From a virus, in IMG/VR virus record IMGVR_UViG_3300036985_006490, positions 1 through 64,000 of that record: a stretch of 64,000 nt of DNA; one strand, given 5' to 3'. Both the position numbers and the translations under genes were made by a program. A model generated the notes under the pieces. That model saw only the letters and a list, made by a program, of their open reading frames with translations, had not been told where the DNA came from and searched no databases. Shown here piece by piece: positions 18,426 through 27,984 of this stretch (position 1 is the first letter of the stretch; every line of letters begins with the position of its first letter).

Positions 18426-20870
18426 TTACTTTTTCAAATGGTTAAATCTGAATGTTATTAACTCTTCATCCTGATTTCCCAACTTAGGACCGAGATATTG
18501 TCTGAAGTTTTGTCGTAGTTTTGTTTCGATTTCCTTTTCAACCTTCTCAGGTGTTACATTTGGTATTTCTCCTTTGAGGTAATTTTCGGGTGTATCAATT
18601 TGTACTCCCGCTCGTGTTTTCAAAACATCATAGATATCCACATTGACAATATTAACATCATCAGTTTCCTCTACGGAAGAAATTTTGAACTTGATGCTTG
18701 TGTTAGGAACTTCACCATATAAAGATTTTGTGGTTGAAATTTTTGGGGAGGGGTTAACGTCTCGGAATGATTCTTTCTTTTTCTTCATGACATACTCATG
18801 AGAAAATCCACTTTCCAACAACTCCATTTCCCTTTTTGACATCAGGTAAACTTTGGTGTCTATCTCATTATTGTATGTGTACGGTGAGGATCTGAGCATT
18901 TGTTTGCTTGTGCTATTGCTATATCTATCAAAATTTTCATACCACTTACCCTCTTTGTAAATGTAAACAGGGTACCATCCATAAGATTTCACAACATAAT
19001 ATTTAACACCGTTTCTATCTTTTGTCCAATATCCTTGCAAGTTTGACCCTTCGAACGGAAGTTGAGCTTTTGTAAAATCACCAGATTGGTAGTTGGGAGT
19101 TTTTTGACCACGTTTGTTTCTTGGGTCAATAAAAGTTTCTTTCGTTAATCCAGAATAATCACCATCCTCTCTGTAGTTAAGGAGGTAAAGTTCCAACATA
19201 TAAGTTGCATATTCCTTACGAATTCCAAACAAAGGGAGATATTCCTTTATGATATTCAGTAATTCTTTTTTGGTTTTGGCGGTTTTCTTGTATTCATTAA
19301 ATAATTTGAACAATCTTACGATGACTTTGTCTGATGCAATCTCGAAGTCCTCGTTCATCATATCAAAATCTTCATCATCAAATTCATCTTGACATGTTGT
19401 TTGGTGATGTCCCAATAATCCGTCTTCGAACCAATCTTTACACACCATGGTCATCAAACCAATTTGTTCATGAAAGTTCCAATCACCTGAATACACATAC
19501 GGCTCCAATTCTTCTTGAAAGATAAAATCATCTATTGCTTTATTTATAACAGCGTCCGCATATTCAAACTCATTATCAAATTGATCACACAACTTTGGAA
19601 ACTCTGTTTCGGCATGATATATAAAATCCTGCATGGTCTTCTTATTAAACCTTCTTCTCAACTTTATCATAAAGTCGGATGTTTGTTCAACAATCCTTTT
19701 GAGTTGAGATTCTGTTAAAATATAATCTTTTTTGATTTTTGATTCTGAAGATTGTGTTGGTATTGTGCGTTTTGGATCGTTCCAACCCAGTAAAGGATAC
19801 TTTGAACTTAAATAAATATCTTTCATCGGTTCCATAGAAAGAGCATTTACGAGTTCAGATTCTATAGTTCCAAAATCTCTAAAACCAATTCTTATCAGTT
19901 TAATTCCGTTATCCAAACAAAATTTGTTTTTTGCCAAATCGTTTTCTACTCTTTCATTGAATGCCACTAAACCTTTGAATCGTCCTTCTTTGGGGAAGAA
20001 ATGTGGTTCCCCGTCAAATTCCGCAATCACTTTCGTTCCATCTTCCTTAACAAATAAAGCATCCGCTTTTAACCTGTTTCTTAGTCCTATCCCTTTTATA
20101 CTGTAAGCCCCGATTCTTTTATTTTTTTCAATCTTATATCCCAAAGATTTTAATGAATCTAACATTTTAGATTCTCCCTTCCAATCAACTCCTTTATTTT
20201 TATTGCAGATAGGACAAGCAAATTCGAAGTTAATCTCGTTTGCTCGGGCCCAATCGGGGAAAAGTGTTACTGGGTTTTCATGATTATCACTAACACACTT
20301 GATATTTTTTACGACCAATCTAGTTTGATTAGATCCGTCACCTCGTGGAATTAAGTCAAATTCGGCATCTGTAAAATCAAGGGGCAAGTCTTTAGGAACC
20401 CTAGTCATAAACACACCAATCTTACCCTCCTTACTTTGTGGAAATCTTATGTTACGATGCTCTAAATAACATTTTTTACAGGAATATTGTGTTAAAATAT
20501 CTAATCTAGTCTCATCTATCTCTCCATGAACTACTCCTTCTGAGTCTGTTTTTTCACATATTATTCCCTTGATGGTTTTGTTACTGTTTTCATTTCTACC
20601 ATAGGCAACATTTTCAAAATTATATTGAGGGAATTTTTGTTTTAGTTCTTCAGTGATTTGTTTATTTTCTTTTTCTTTCAAATCAGACAATAGATTTTGC
20701 ATAGAAAGATTTTGGTCACCAGTTTTAGTTTTTGTGTTTCCAATCCATCGTGATATACTAATGTATTCTGGATCTTTACGAAATTCGTCCACAGTATTGA
20801 ATCTCTCAATATACTTCTTAACTGAATCCATGTCCCATTTCAACGGTCGTACTTCCAAAATTACTTTCAT
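18426..20870 (-). CDS. Multidomain protein: Zn-ribbon plus Vsr/DUF559-like PD-(D/E)xK endonuclease, fused to an internal LTESQL leader and two further domains
   Basis: CKKC, CPIC, KGE, ADALF...IAEFDGEPHF, ND..KN.FC..NGIKLIRI; internal YILTESQLKRIVEQ. Confidence 0.75.
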   Translation of the reverse strand: MKVILEVRPLKWDMDSVKKYIERFNTVDEFRKDPEYISISRWIGNTKTKTGDQNLSMQNLLSDLKEKENKQITEELKQKFPQYNFENVAYGRNENSNKTIKGIICEKTDSEGVVHGEIDETRLDILTQYSCKKCYLEHRNIRFPQSKEGKIGVFMTRVPKDLPLDFTDAEFDLIPRGDGSNQTRLVVKNIKCVSDNHENPVTLFPDWARANEINFEFACPICNKNKGVDWKGESKMLDSLKSLGYKIEKNKRIGAYSIKGIGLRNRLKADALFVKEDGTKVIAEFDGEPHFFPKEGRFKGLVAFNERVENDLAKNKFCLDNGIKLIRIGFRDFGTIESELVNALSMEPMKDIYLSSKYPLLGWNDPKRTIPTQSSESKIKKDYILTESQLKRIVEQTSDFMIKLRRRFNKKTMQDFIYHAETEFPKLCDQFDNEFEYADAVINKAIDDFIFQEELEPYVYSGDWNFHEQIGLMTMVCKDWFEDGLLGHHQTTCQDEFDDEDFDMMNEDFEIASDKVIVRLFKLFNEYKKTAKTKKELLNIIKEYLPLFGIRKEYATYMLELYLLNYREDGDYSGLTKETFIDPRNKRGQKTPNYQSGDFTKAQLPFEGSNLQGYWTKDRNGVKYYVVKSYGWYPVYIYKEGKWYENFDRYSNSTSKQMLRSSPYTYNNEIDTKVYLMSKREMELLESGFSHEYVMKKKKESFRDVNPSPKISTTKSLYGEVPNTSIKFKISSVEETDDVNIVNVDIYDVLKTRAGVQIDTPENYLKGEIPNVTPEKVEKEIETKLRQNFRQYLGPKLGNQDEELITFRFNHLKK

Positions 20871-20967
20871 ATCTATAAATACCCAATAAAAACAAAATCC
20901 ACTCTATTATAAAATAGGATTGTTATATTGAAAAAAAAACAATATATTTGGTGTTATAATCGATGCT

Positions 20968-21894
20968 ATGAATCCACGTCTCAAAAAAATCATGTTCAGT
21001 AAGTTAAATGATGATTTATCCAAGGTTGAAATAATTGTTTCCGAAAATAAATCCATTTGGTTCATCGACCGTGCAAATAAGTATTGGTATTTTGAATTGG
21101 AAAAATCAGGTAAATTATGGTGGAGGTATGAATTTTTCACCGATTTTTTTATTCTTTTTTCTCTCGAAATTAATGATTTTCAACCTATACTCTCTGAATG
21201 GGTGGAGGGAATACTCAATCGTGGGGTATCTGCAACGACTTCCTTATCATATAGACCATATATCGTGGTGGAGGGAATACTCAATCGTGGGGTATCTGCA
21301 ACCGGAGACCTTGGCATGGAAAGAATTGCCACGGTGGAAAAGATTTTTGATAGTAATGTAAACATGACTACGAGATCCGGGCACAGGCTTCATAGCACTG
21401 TGGAAGGTATCCTCAATCATGGATACAGAAAAGGATCTCGTAAAGTAGATGAGGTGCTCAATCATAAGGTGGCTATAACAGAATACTGTGGCATTATCCC
21501 AAGTTGTGATTTAGAAGAGGTACTCAATCACAAGGTGGTTTCAACCTTACAAAGTCCCGATATCGACCCATCATTTGTGGAAGCAGTCCTTAATCGTGAG
21601 ATTAACGAAATAGATGGAGGAGAGTTGTTAGATAATATTACGCTGGAAAAAGTTCTCAATCATAAGGTAGTTTCAATTTCACATGCAAATGAACAAAATG
21701 AATTAATACAACAAATTCTTGTTCATGAATTAATATATGAAGTTGAATCTGCAACTCCTTTGGACACCCCAGCACACGATTCGGTGGATGAAGTATTATC
21801 ATACAAAGTAACCAGAACCATACCAGACCTGAACGAATCACTTACAGAAATCGATATTTTATTGAACTCAATAGTACCACTTGAAATTCCTTGA
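20968..21894 (+). CDS. WF-domain protein with a C-terminal array of 22-aa repeat/variable-spacer units
   Basis: VExxLNxxVxxT plus about 10 variable aa, roughly 11 units; TATATTTG at 20943-20950. Confidence 0.85.
   Translation: MNPRLKKIMFSKLNDDLSKVEIIVSENKSIWFIDRANKYWYFELEKSGKLWWRYEFFTDFFILFSLEINDFQPILSEWVEGILNRGVSATTSLSYRPYIVVEGILNRGVSATGDLGMERIATVEKIFDSNVNMTTRSGHRLHSTVEGILNHGYRKGSRKVDEVLNHKVAITEYCGIIPSCDLEEVLNHKVVSTLQSPDIDPSFVEAVLNREINEIDGGELLDNITLEKVLNHKVVSISHANEQNELIQQILVHELIYEVESATPLDTPAHDSVDEVLSYKVTRTIPDLNESLTEIDILLNSIVPLEIP
21201..21876 (+). repeat. In-frame array with a 66-bp period: 36-bp repeats and 30-bp unique spacers
   Basis: GGTGGAGGGAATACTCAATCGTGGGGTATCTGCAAC identical at 21201-21236 and 21267-21302; degenerate copies near 21333, 21399, 21444, 21510, 21576, 21642, 21783 and 21849. 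Confidence 0.85.
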
Positions 21895-22398
21895 CGACCT
21901 GAAACATGCCGAATAAAGTTTTGGAAATAATTTCTTTATAATAAAAAATAGTAATAATCCTCCCAAAGCAAATGTTGCCACCGCAGCCACAGCGGGTGGC
22001 ATCGCAACCCCCATAAACACCGCAGTCGACATGACTTGTTCGTTCTGTTGTCTTTCTTGTTTTCTGAAATCCTTGAATTGTCTTTTCAACTTTATTAATT
22101 CTGATAATGAGGCAGATTTCATCTTTTCCTGTAATTCGTTAATCTTCTGTTTCGCCTCACCTTGTTCTTCCTTTGGGACACTACTAAGGTTAACATCAAC
22201 AGGGGCATTAGGGTTTGTACAACCAAGGATATTTTGGAAATCTTCCGATGATATATTCTCTCCAACCTTCTGATTAAATATTGACGCAACCTTATCCATC
22301 TCCTCACTTTTAGGTTGATTAACAGAAGAGGCTTCCATCATCACTTTTTTAACCAATCTTGTTAAATCTGACTCTGTTAATCTTATAACTTTTTTCAT
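21868..22398 (-). CDS. RLTESDL-leader protein with a C-terminal TM
   Basis: MKKVIRLTESDLTRLVKKVMME. Confidence 0.75.
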   Translation of the reverse strand: MKKVIRLTESDLTRLVKKVMMEASSVNQPKSEEMDKVASIFNQKVGENISSEDFQNILGCTNPNAPVDVNLSSVPKEEQGEAKQKINELQEKMKSASLSELIKLKRQFKDFRKQERQQNEQVMSTAVFMGVAMPPAVAAVATFALGGLLLFFIIKKLFPKLYSACFRSSRNFKWYY

Positions 22399-22484
22399 CT
22401 CAAGGTTCTTTATTATTATAAATATAAGAACTCATTATTATAGTTTATTGTGGAGGTTTTATATTTTTTTATTATATTTTTAGT

Positions 22485-22868
22485 ATGGAAAACCCTAAAG
22501 TTCATAATGTAACGGAATGCCCCTCATGTAAAATTCCAAAAGGATGGGGTGAAGAAATCATTATCACAAATAATGAATTGTATTGTGGTAAATTATTGTG
22601 TTTCAAGGAAGGTGCGAAATTCTCAATGCACTACCACATGATTAAAGATGAAACTTGGTATGTTGATGAAGGTCAATTCATTTATAGATGGATTGATACA
22701 GAAACAGCGCAAGTCAATGAACAAATCCTTAATGTCGGAGATGTCGTAAGACAACGACCAGGACAACCACATCAACTCGAGGCTCTAACCAAAGGTGTGG
22801 TCTTTGAAGTGTCAACAGAACACTTCGATTCGGATTCATATAGAGTATGGAAGGGGGATACACTATGA
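22485..22868 (+). CDS. Cupin (sugar isomerase-like)
   Basis: KGWGEE, SMHYHMIKDETWYV, PGQPHQL, EVSTEHFDSDSYR. Confidence 0.85.
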   Translation: MENPKVHNVTECPSCKIPKGWGEEIIITNNELYCGKLLCFKEGAKFSMHYHMIKDETWYVDEGQFIYRWIDTETAQVNEQILNVGDVVRQRPGQPHQLEALTKGVVFEVSTEHFDSDSYRVWKGDTL

Positions 22869-23266
22869 AGATTTGGTTAAATGGTTGTTTTGATGTCCTA
22901 CATCACGGGCACTTCAAATTAATACAACACGCAGCATCATTCGGTGGTGAATTAATAATCGGAATCGATTCTGATGAACGAGTTAAAAAACTAAAAGGAG
23001 AAGGAAGACCATTCCATTCTGAAAGTGAAAGAGCATTCAACCTTAAACAAATCAAAGGAGTTGATATCGTAATGGTGTTTGATTCTGATGAAAAGTTAAG
23101 AGAACTTCTTGAACGTTATAAACCTGATAAATTTTTCATCGGATCAGATTATATTGGAAAAGAAATAATCGGACAAGAGTTTGTAAAGCAAGTTGTAATC
23201 TTCAACAGATTAGATAAATTTTCAACCACAGATATTTTAAGTTATGAAAATAACAATAATAGGTGA
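22865..23266 (+). CDS. RfaE domain II / HldC-like nucleotidyltransferase
   Basis: NGCFDVLHHGH, IDSDERVKKLKGEGRP, GSDY, STT. Confidence 0.9.
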   Translation: MKIWLNGCFDVLHHGHFKLIQHAASFGGELIIGIDSDERVKKLKGEGRPFHSESERAFNLKQIKGVDIVMVFDSDEKLRELLERYKPDKFFIGSDYIGKEIIGQEFVKQVVIFNRLDKFSTTDILSYENNNNR

Positions 23267-23987
23267 ATTATGTCATGATGTTTTCATCTATGGAAATGTC
23301 ACAAGATTATGCCCCGAAGCACCAGTTCCAGTCTTGACCGATGTTTATACTGAAACGAATTTTGGAATGGCAGGCAACGTCAAAGAAAATCTATTGGCAC
23401 ATAATCCCTCATTAAAAATCTCATTAATCAATCAAAACAACCCAATCAAGAAAACAAGATACCACGATGACAAGACAAACCATATGTTTCTTAGAGTCGA
23501 TGAAGGTGAAGATAATATTGATTCATTAATACTTACACCAGAAAAAATTGAAGATATATCAGAATCCAATTTGGTGATTGTTAGTGATTACAACAAAGGA
23601 TTTTTGAGTGAAGAAACCTTGATTCAAATTGGAAAGTTGTCAAAACTATCCGTTATTGATACCAAAAAAACTATTTCTAATAATTTAATTGATTCATTTA
23701 CATTTATTAAGTTAAATGAACACGAATATCAAAGAAATAAAAACATTTCTGATAAAAACAAAGATAAGTTTATAATTACATTAGGAATGAACGGAGCAAA
23801 ACATAATGATACAATTTTTTCATCTCCATCACCAAAACAAACCATAGACGTAAGTGGCGCTGGAGATACATTCACAGCGTTTTTTAGTTTGAAATATTAT
23901 GAAACAAAAAATATTTCAGAATCAATAACATTTGCAAACCAAATGGCATCAATTGTAGTATCCAAAAGAGGCGTAGCAACTCCCTAA
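23244..23987 (+). CDS. RfaE domain I / HldA-like PfkB sugar kinase
   Basis: RLCPEAPVPV, GMAGNV, SDYNKG, DVSGAGDTF. Confidence 0.9.
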   Translation: MKITIIGELCHDVFIYGNVTRLCPEAPVPVLTDVYTETNFGMAGNVKENLLAHNPSLKISLINQNNPIKKTRYHDDKTNHMFLRVDEGEDNIDSLILTPEKIEDISESNLVIVSDYNKGFLSEETLIQIGKLSKLSVIDTKKTISNNLIDSFTFIKLNEHEYQRNKNISDKNKDKFIITLGMNGAKHNDTIFSSPSPKQTIDVSGAGDTFTAFFSLKYYETKNISESITFANQMASIVVSKRGVATP

Positions 23988-23993
23988 ATCTGT

Positions 23994-24323
23994 TTATAGA
24001 CTAAAACTTTCTCCACAACCGCAGGTTCTTGTGGCGTTTGGATTAATCCATTCAAACCCTTTTCCATTCAATCCATCTCGGTAATCTAACTCAGTTCCAG
24101 CCAAGTACAAGAGAGATAATTTATTAATACAAACCTTAATAGATTCTAAATCAACAACAGTATCGTTCGGATCAATCTTATCATCAAATTTCATTTGATA
24201 TGACAACCCACTACAACCTCCACCAATAACTCCTACTCTTAAGTTATGAGTCTTAGGAGTGAACCCTTCATTTGCCATCAAATCAACAAGTTGATTTATT
24301 GCCCGTTCTGTAACATTTACCAT
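23994..24323 (-). CDS. iscA: Fe-S cluster A-type carrier (IscA/HesB)
   Basis: LRVGVIGGGCSGLSY, NPNATRTCGCGESF. Confidence 0.95.
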   Translation of the reverse strand: MVNVTERAINQLVDLMANEGFTPKTHNLRVGVIGGGCSGLSYQMKFDDKIDPNDTVVDLESIKVCINKLSLLYLAGTELDYRDGLNGKGFEWINPNATRTCGCGESFSL

Positions 24324-24347
24324 AATAAAATTTTATATTTAACTATA

Positions 24348-24653
24348 TTAAAAAACACTTAATTCGGAAACTTCTACACCAGTTAAATCATATACAAGTT
24401 TTCTTATTATTTGCTGGACTTCTTTGTCACTGAGTAAAAATAAGTCCATAATTGAACCGAAAATATTTTCATCAATACTGAAGTAATACGCGTTTAGTTC
24501 AGGTGAATAGGATAACAGTGCAGTTTCATACCCATTTTTGAAAAAAATTTCCAAATTGGGGATAATCTCATCACGTTTCAACTCACCTAATTTGTCGAGT
24601 AGGTATTGTGTCGCAATTGTCTGTAATCTTGATTGGTTAATTTGATATTTCAT
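24348..24653 (-). CDS. Leader plus WF-domain family protein
   Basis: MKYQINQSRLQTIATQYL. Confidence 0.7.
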   Translation of the reverse strand: MKYQINQSRLQTIATQYLLDKLGELKRDEIIPNLEIFFKNGYETALLSYSPELNAYYFSIDENIFGSIMDLFLLSDKEVQQIIRKLVYDLTGVEVSELSVF

Positions 24654-24981
24654 CTAAATCGATATGATTAAAGGTTCCAAAATAAATCTTTGTTGGTGGT
24701 TCGATGCCAAGGTAATCGGAGAACCATTTTCTGATTGACTCTTTTTTTTGTTCATAGTCAAGTGAAAACATATCTACTAATGGATCCGAAATTTTTGCTC
24801 TGTCAAAGACTATTTTATCTTCAGGTTTTGACCACATGAAAACAATTTCCCCATCTTTTAATGCGAAATCCCATTCTTTATATAATTTTCCACCTGAAAA
24901 CGAATTCAAATTATTATAGGTATCATTCAAAAAATATGCCCCCAAGTCAATCAGTCTCGATTCTGTAATTATTACCTTCAT
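24637..24981 (-). CDS. Leader plus WF-domain family protein
   Basis: MKVIITESRL...MFSL....IRKWF. Confidence 0.75.
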   Translation of the reverse strand: MKVIITESRLIDLGAYFLNDTYNNLNSFSGGKLYKEWDFALKDGEIVFMWSKPEDKIVFDRAKISDPLVDMFSLDYEQKKESIRKWFSDYLGIEPPTKIYFGTFNHIDLDEISN

Positions 24982-24993
24982 AAGTAATAAATA

Positions 24994-25818
24994 TCAAAGA
25001 TAAGGGTTCGTAAGAGTATTTTTTTCAATAAAACGTATTTTCTCGATAATGCTGTCAGCAATTATTCTGTGAAATTTTTTTGAAGGGTGATAATCAATAG
25101 GTGGGTTTTTACCAAAGAATTCATAATCCTTATGGATTGTTAAATTTTTATCAATATCCATAACATTGCACAAAGAGTTAAATTCTTTATTATTATATTT
25201 TATATAAATTTTTCTTTGATTCATATAATCATCATTTTCTATTAATTCGTTATAATGATTAGACCAATTAAAAATTAAAGGTATTATACCTTTATTTTCA
25301 TAATAAATAAAAGTTTCTTTTATTTTGTTAAAAAGTTGTTCAGACAATTTTTGGTTATAATCATCATAATTAATAAAATTATACTTTTCTAAAATTTTAT
25401 AAGATTTGTTTTCATCATAATCACTTAATCTGAATTTACTACCGTCGGGAGTAATATAATGACATCTTTCGGGCATTGATGTTTGAAAAACAATATATTT
25501 TACTTCATCATATTTGTAATTATGTTTTGACCATCGTGGATTTAAGTGATAAAGACCAAAAATTTGGTTTATAAATTCAATACTCTCCTCATCACATCCC
25601 GAATAATCCTCTCTTGTTATTTCAAACATTTCCAGTTCCTGAGATACTAATCTTGGAAATCTTAAAATATCTTTATATTTTAAATGATGTATTGGCCTAT
25701 CTCTAACTATTAAATCGAACGATGAATCACCTTCATATTGACGATATAAATCTTTATTATAAAACCATAGACCATGTCCATGTGTAAATGAACATCCGGC
25801 AAAAATTATTCCACTCAT
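24994..25818 (-). CDS. SGNH/GDSL hydrolase-like protein
   Basis: FAGCSFTHG ... DYHPSKKFH. Confidence 0.7.
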   Translation of the reverse strand: MSGIIFAGCSFTHGHGLWFYNKDLYRQYEGDSSFDLIVRDRPIHHLKYKDILRFPRLVSQELEMFEITREDYSGCDEESIEFINQIFGLYHLNPRWSKHNYKYDEVKYIVFQTSMPERCHYITPDGSKFRLSDYDENKSYKILEKYNFINYDDYNQKLSEQLFNKIKETFIYYENKGIIPLIFNWSNHYNELIENDDYMNQRKIYIKYNNKEFNSLCNVMDIDKNLTIHKDYEFFGKNPPIDYHPSKKFHRIIADSIIEKIRFIEKNTLTNPYL

Positions 25819-25856
25819 TGATTTAATTTAATATACCACATATTTCTTTATAATTA

Positions 25857-26069
25857 TCAATTAACACAAAACATCTCAAGAAGTTCATTTTCAACGTCAT
25901 CAATATTTCCTGGCCTATCATCATCCCAAGAAATCTCAATCCATTTTTGTTCTCCGGCAGTCTCATTGACTTCCACAGAAAAAGGGTACATAAACCCATG
26001 ATTATCAGTATAATAACCATAGGATGTCTTAACAACCATATAGTTTTCTTTATCAATTGTAATTCCCAT
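25857..26069 (-). CDS. Hypothetical acidic protein
   Basis: 70-aa ATG ORF. Confidence 0.6.
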   Translation of the reverse strand: MGITIDKENYMVVKTSYGYYTDNHGFMYPFSVEVNETAGEQKWIEISWDDDRPGNIDDVENELLEMFCVN

Positions 26070-26180
26070 ATCTTTTTTTTACAAAAATAATAAATTACCT
26101 TTTAAATTCAAAACTAATTATAAACAAAAAAAACCTCCATTTAAAAATATAAATGGAGGTTCAAGTTTTCATTATGTAAA

Positions 26181-26552
26181 TTACATACTCCAACTAGGAT
26201 TTGCAATCATTAACATACCATCTTCAACTCTTGGTAAGTTTCCAGTGTCTTGATAATCGGCATATTGAATTTGTTCTGGAAAAAATTTTTGTCCCTGAAA
26301 AACCAAATAGTTTTCGTCAGGTCTTTCTTCATCGTCTTTACCGCTATAGCTATATCCTTGTCCTTTTAATTGAGTGTTAGCCGCGTCACCTACGGTTGGA
26401 TTACCAAAGATACTATTCCAAAAGCTCTCCTTCATTTCATCTTTTGGCTTATTCTCAGGTGATTCATTTATTGATTTATTATAACCACGTTTTTCATGCA
26501 TTTTGAGAATTTGTGATTTTTCAGATTCCGTTAAATTGAAATTTTTGTTCAT
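26181..26552 (-). CDS. LTE-leader protein
   Basis: MNKNFNLTESEKSQILKMH. Confidence 0.75.
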   Translation of the reverse strand: MNKNFNLTESEKSQILKMHEKRGYNKSINESPENKPKDEMKESFWNSIFGNPTVGDAANTQLKGQGYSYSGKDDEERPDENYLVFQGQKFFPEQIQYADYQDTGNLPRVEDGMLMIANPSWSM

Positions 26553-26591
26553 ATTAATTAATTTATATATAAATAGTCATGACCTTGGTAA

Positions 26592-27593
26592 TTACGACAA
26601 AAATATCTGAGATTCTTCATTTCTTCTTCTTTGTAACCCGCTGTAAAATTTACCGCTCACAGCTCCAGTCGTTGGTCCTCCCTGAATATAAGATGCCGCT
26701 AGCTCCATGTCATCATTTTCGATTGCATTTTTTATTTTTTTACCATATTCTCGAGCAGAAACAAAATATGGACCAGCGTTATATCCCAAACTAACTAAGG
26801 AAGCCTTTTGTCTGTCATTTAATTTGTTCCAATTACCCATTCCAAGTTGATTTGCAATTGTTGGTCCATAAAAATTTTTCAATTCATGTTCTAAGGTATT
26901 CTCAGCTTCAGCCTGTGTCCAAGTTGTATTTTTAGTAACATCAACCAAACGTCCGTTTTCTAATTTTTTACTAGATCCATAACCACCTCTATATTTATTC
27001 TCATCCCAAGAAGCTTTGTCAGTAAACGATTCCCATTTTTTAATCAAATCTTTAGAAATATTTATCCAATCTCCTGAAAGTGAAACGGTTGACGCTCCAC
27101 TAACAATTCGTTTATCAATAAGTTCTTTTAAATCTTCAGAGGTGATATTTTTTTGTTTCAACAGTTCAACCATCTTGTTCAACATTTCAGGTGTTACCTC
27201 ATCTACTTTAGAACTGTTGAATTTATTTCCAAAGTTTTTTTCCATAAACTTCGTGGCCATTTCTGAAGTTTCAGGACCAAATACGCCATCAATACCGTTT
27301 TTCGGTAATTCGTAACCAAGAAGACTCAATCCAATTTGTAGTGATTCAACTTCTTTTTGAAATGTATTGGAACCTTTGTCTTGTAGTGTTATCCCGCCTT
27401 GATTAGAAGCTGTCTCCAAGGTATTAAACAAATCATCTACATTTGAGGAAACCAAATCACTCTTTTTGGGGTCATCTTTTTTGGGGAAAAACCACTTCAA
27501 TATATTATTTAAAAAATCTTGTTCCTCAATAATCTTTTTTCCATAAGTTATTTCATGGATTCTTTTTAGCTCTTCCGATAAAATTTGTTTCAT
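26592..27593 (-). CDS. Leader plus PG-binding domain plus GH24 phage-lysozyme-like domain (putative virion-associated muramidase)
   Basis: MKQILSEELKRI; IDGVFGPET; WESF...WD....GYG, ASLVSLGYNAG, GLQRRRNEE..IF. Confidence 0.82.
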   Translation of the reverse strand: MKQILSEELKRIHEITYGKKIIEEQDFLNNILKWFFPKKDDPKKSDLVSSNVDDLFNTLETASNQGGITLQDKGSNTFQKEVESLQIGLSLLGYELPKNGIDGVFGPETSEMATKFMEKNFGNKFNSSKVDEVTPEMLNKMVELLKQKNITSEDLKELIDKRIVSGASTVSLSGDWINISKDLIKKWESFTDKASWDENKYRGGYGSSKKLENGRLVDVTKNTTWTQAEAENTLEHELKNFYGPTIANQLGMGNWNKLNDRQKASLVSLGYNAGPYFVSAREYGKKIKNAIENDDMELAASYIQGGPTTGAVSGKFYSGLQRRRNEESQIFLS

Positions 27594-27620
27594 ATTATAT
27601 AAATACCCAAATACTCTTAT

Positions 27621-27938
27621 TTACTTAATCATTCGTTGGTCATCTCCAAACAAAACGGAGTTAATCTCCAAATTATATCTACTTTCAGCGTACCTCTTAA
27701 TTAAATCAAGGGTATTACCACTATCCATGGAAAACATAAGTTTAATCTCCATAAATAATTCACTATCAATGAACAACCCATAGGGGTCCTCAAATCCCAT
27801 CACTCCCAAGGTTTCACCAGGAAAACCGAAAACAATATTTGAATATTTTCCCTTCATGGCTTTAATACCATCTAATTTATCATCCAAATATTGAAATATC
27901 AGATTTTCTAATCTACTTTCAGTTATAATGTACTTCAT
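27621..27938 (-). CDS. Leader plus WF-domain family protein
   Basis: MKYIITESRLENLIFQYL. Confidence 0.75.
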   Translation of the reverse strand: MKYIITESRLENLIFQYLDDKLDGIKAMKGKYSNIVFGFPGETLGVMGFEDPYGLFIDSELFMEIKLMFSMDSGNTLDLIKRYAESRYNLEINSVLFGDDQRMIK

Positions 27939-27984
27939 ATCAATAAATATACGAATAAAACAAGTGTAATAAGATACTTAAACT

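Noticed and set aside
21201-21876. Annotation as a bona fide CRISPR array
   Set aside because: Only two repeats are identical, the array lies in an intact ORF with protein-level conservation, and no cas genes are present. Kept as a repeat feature and a finding.
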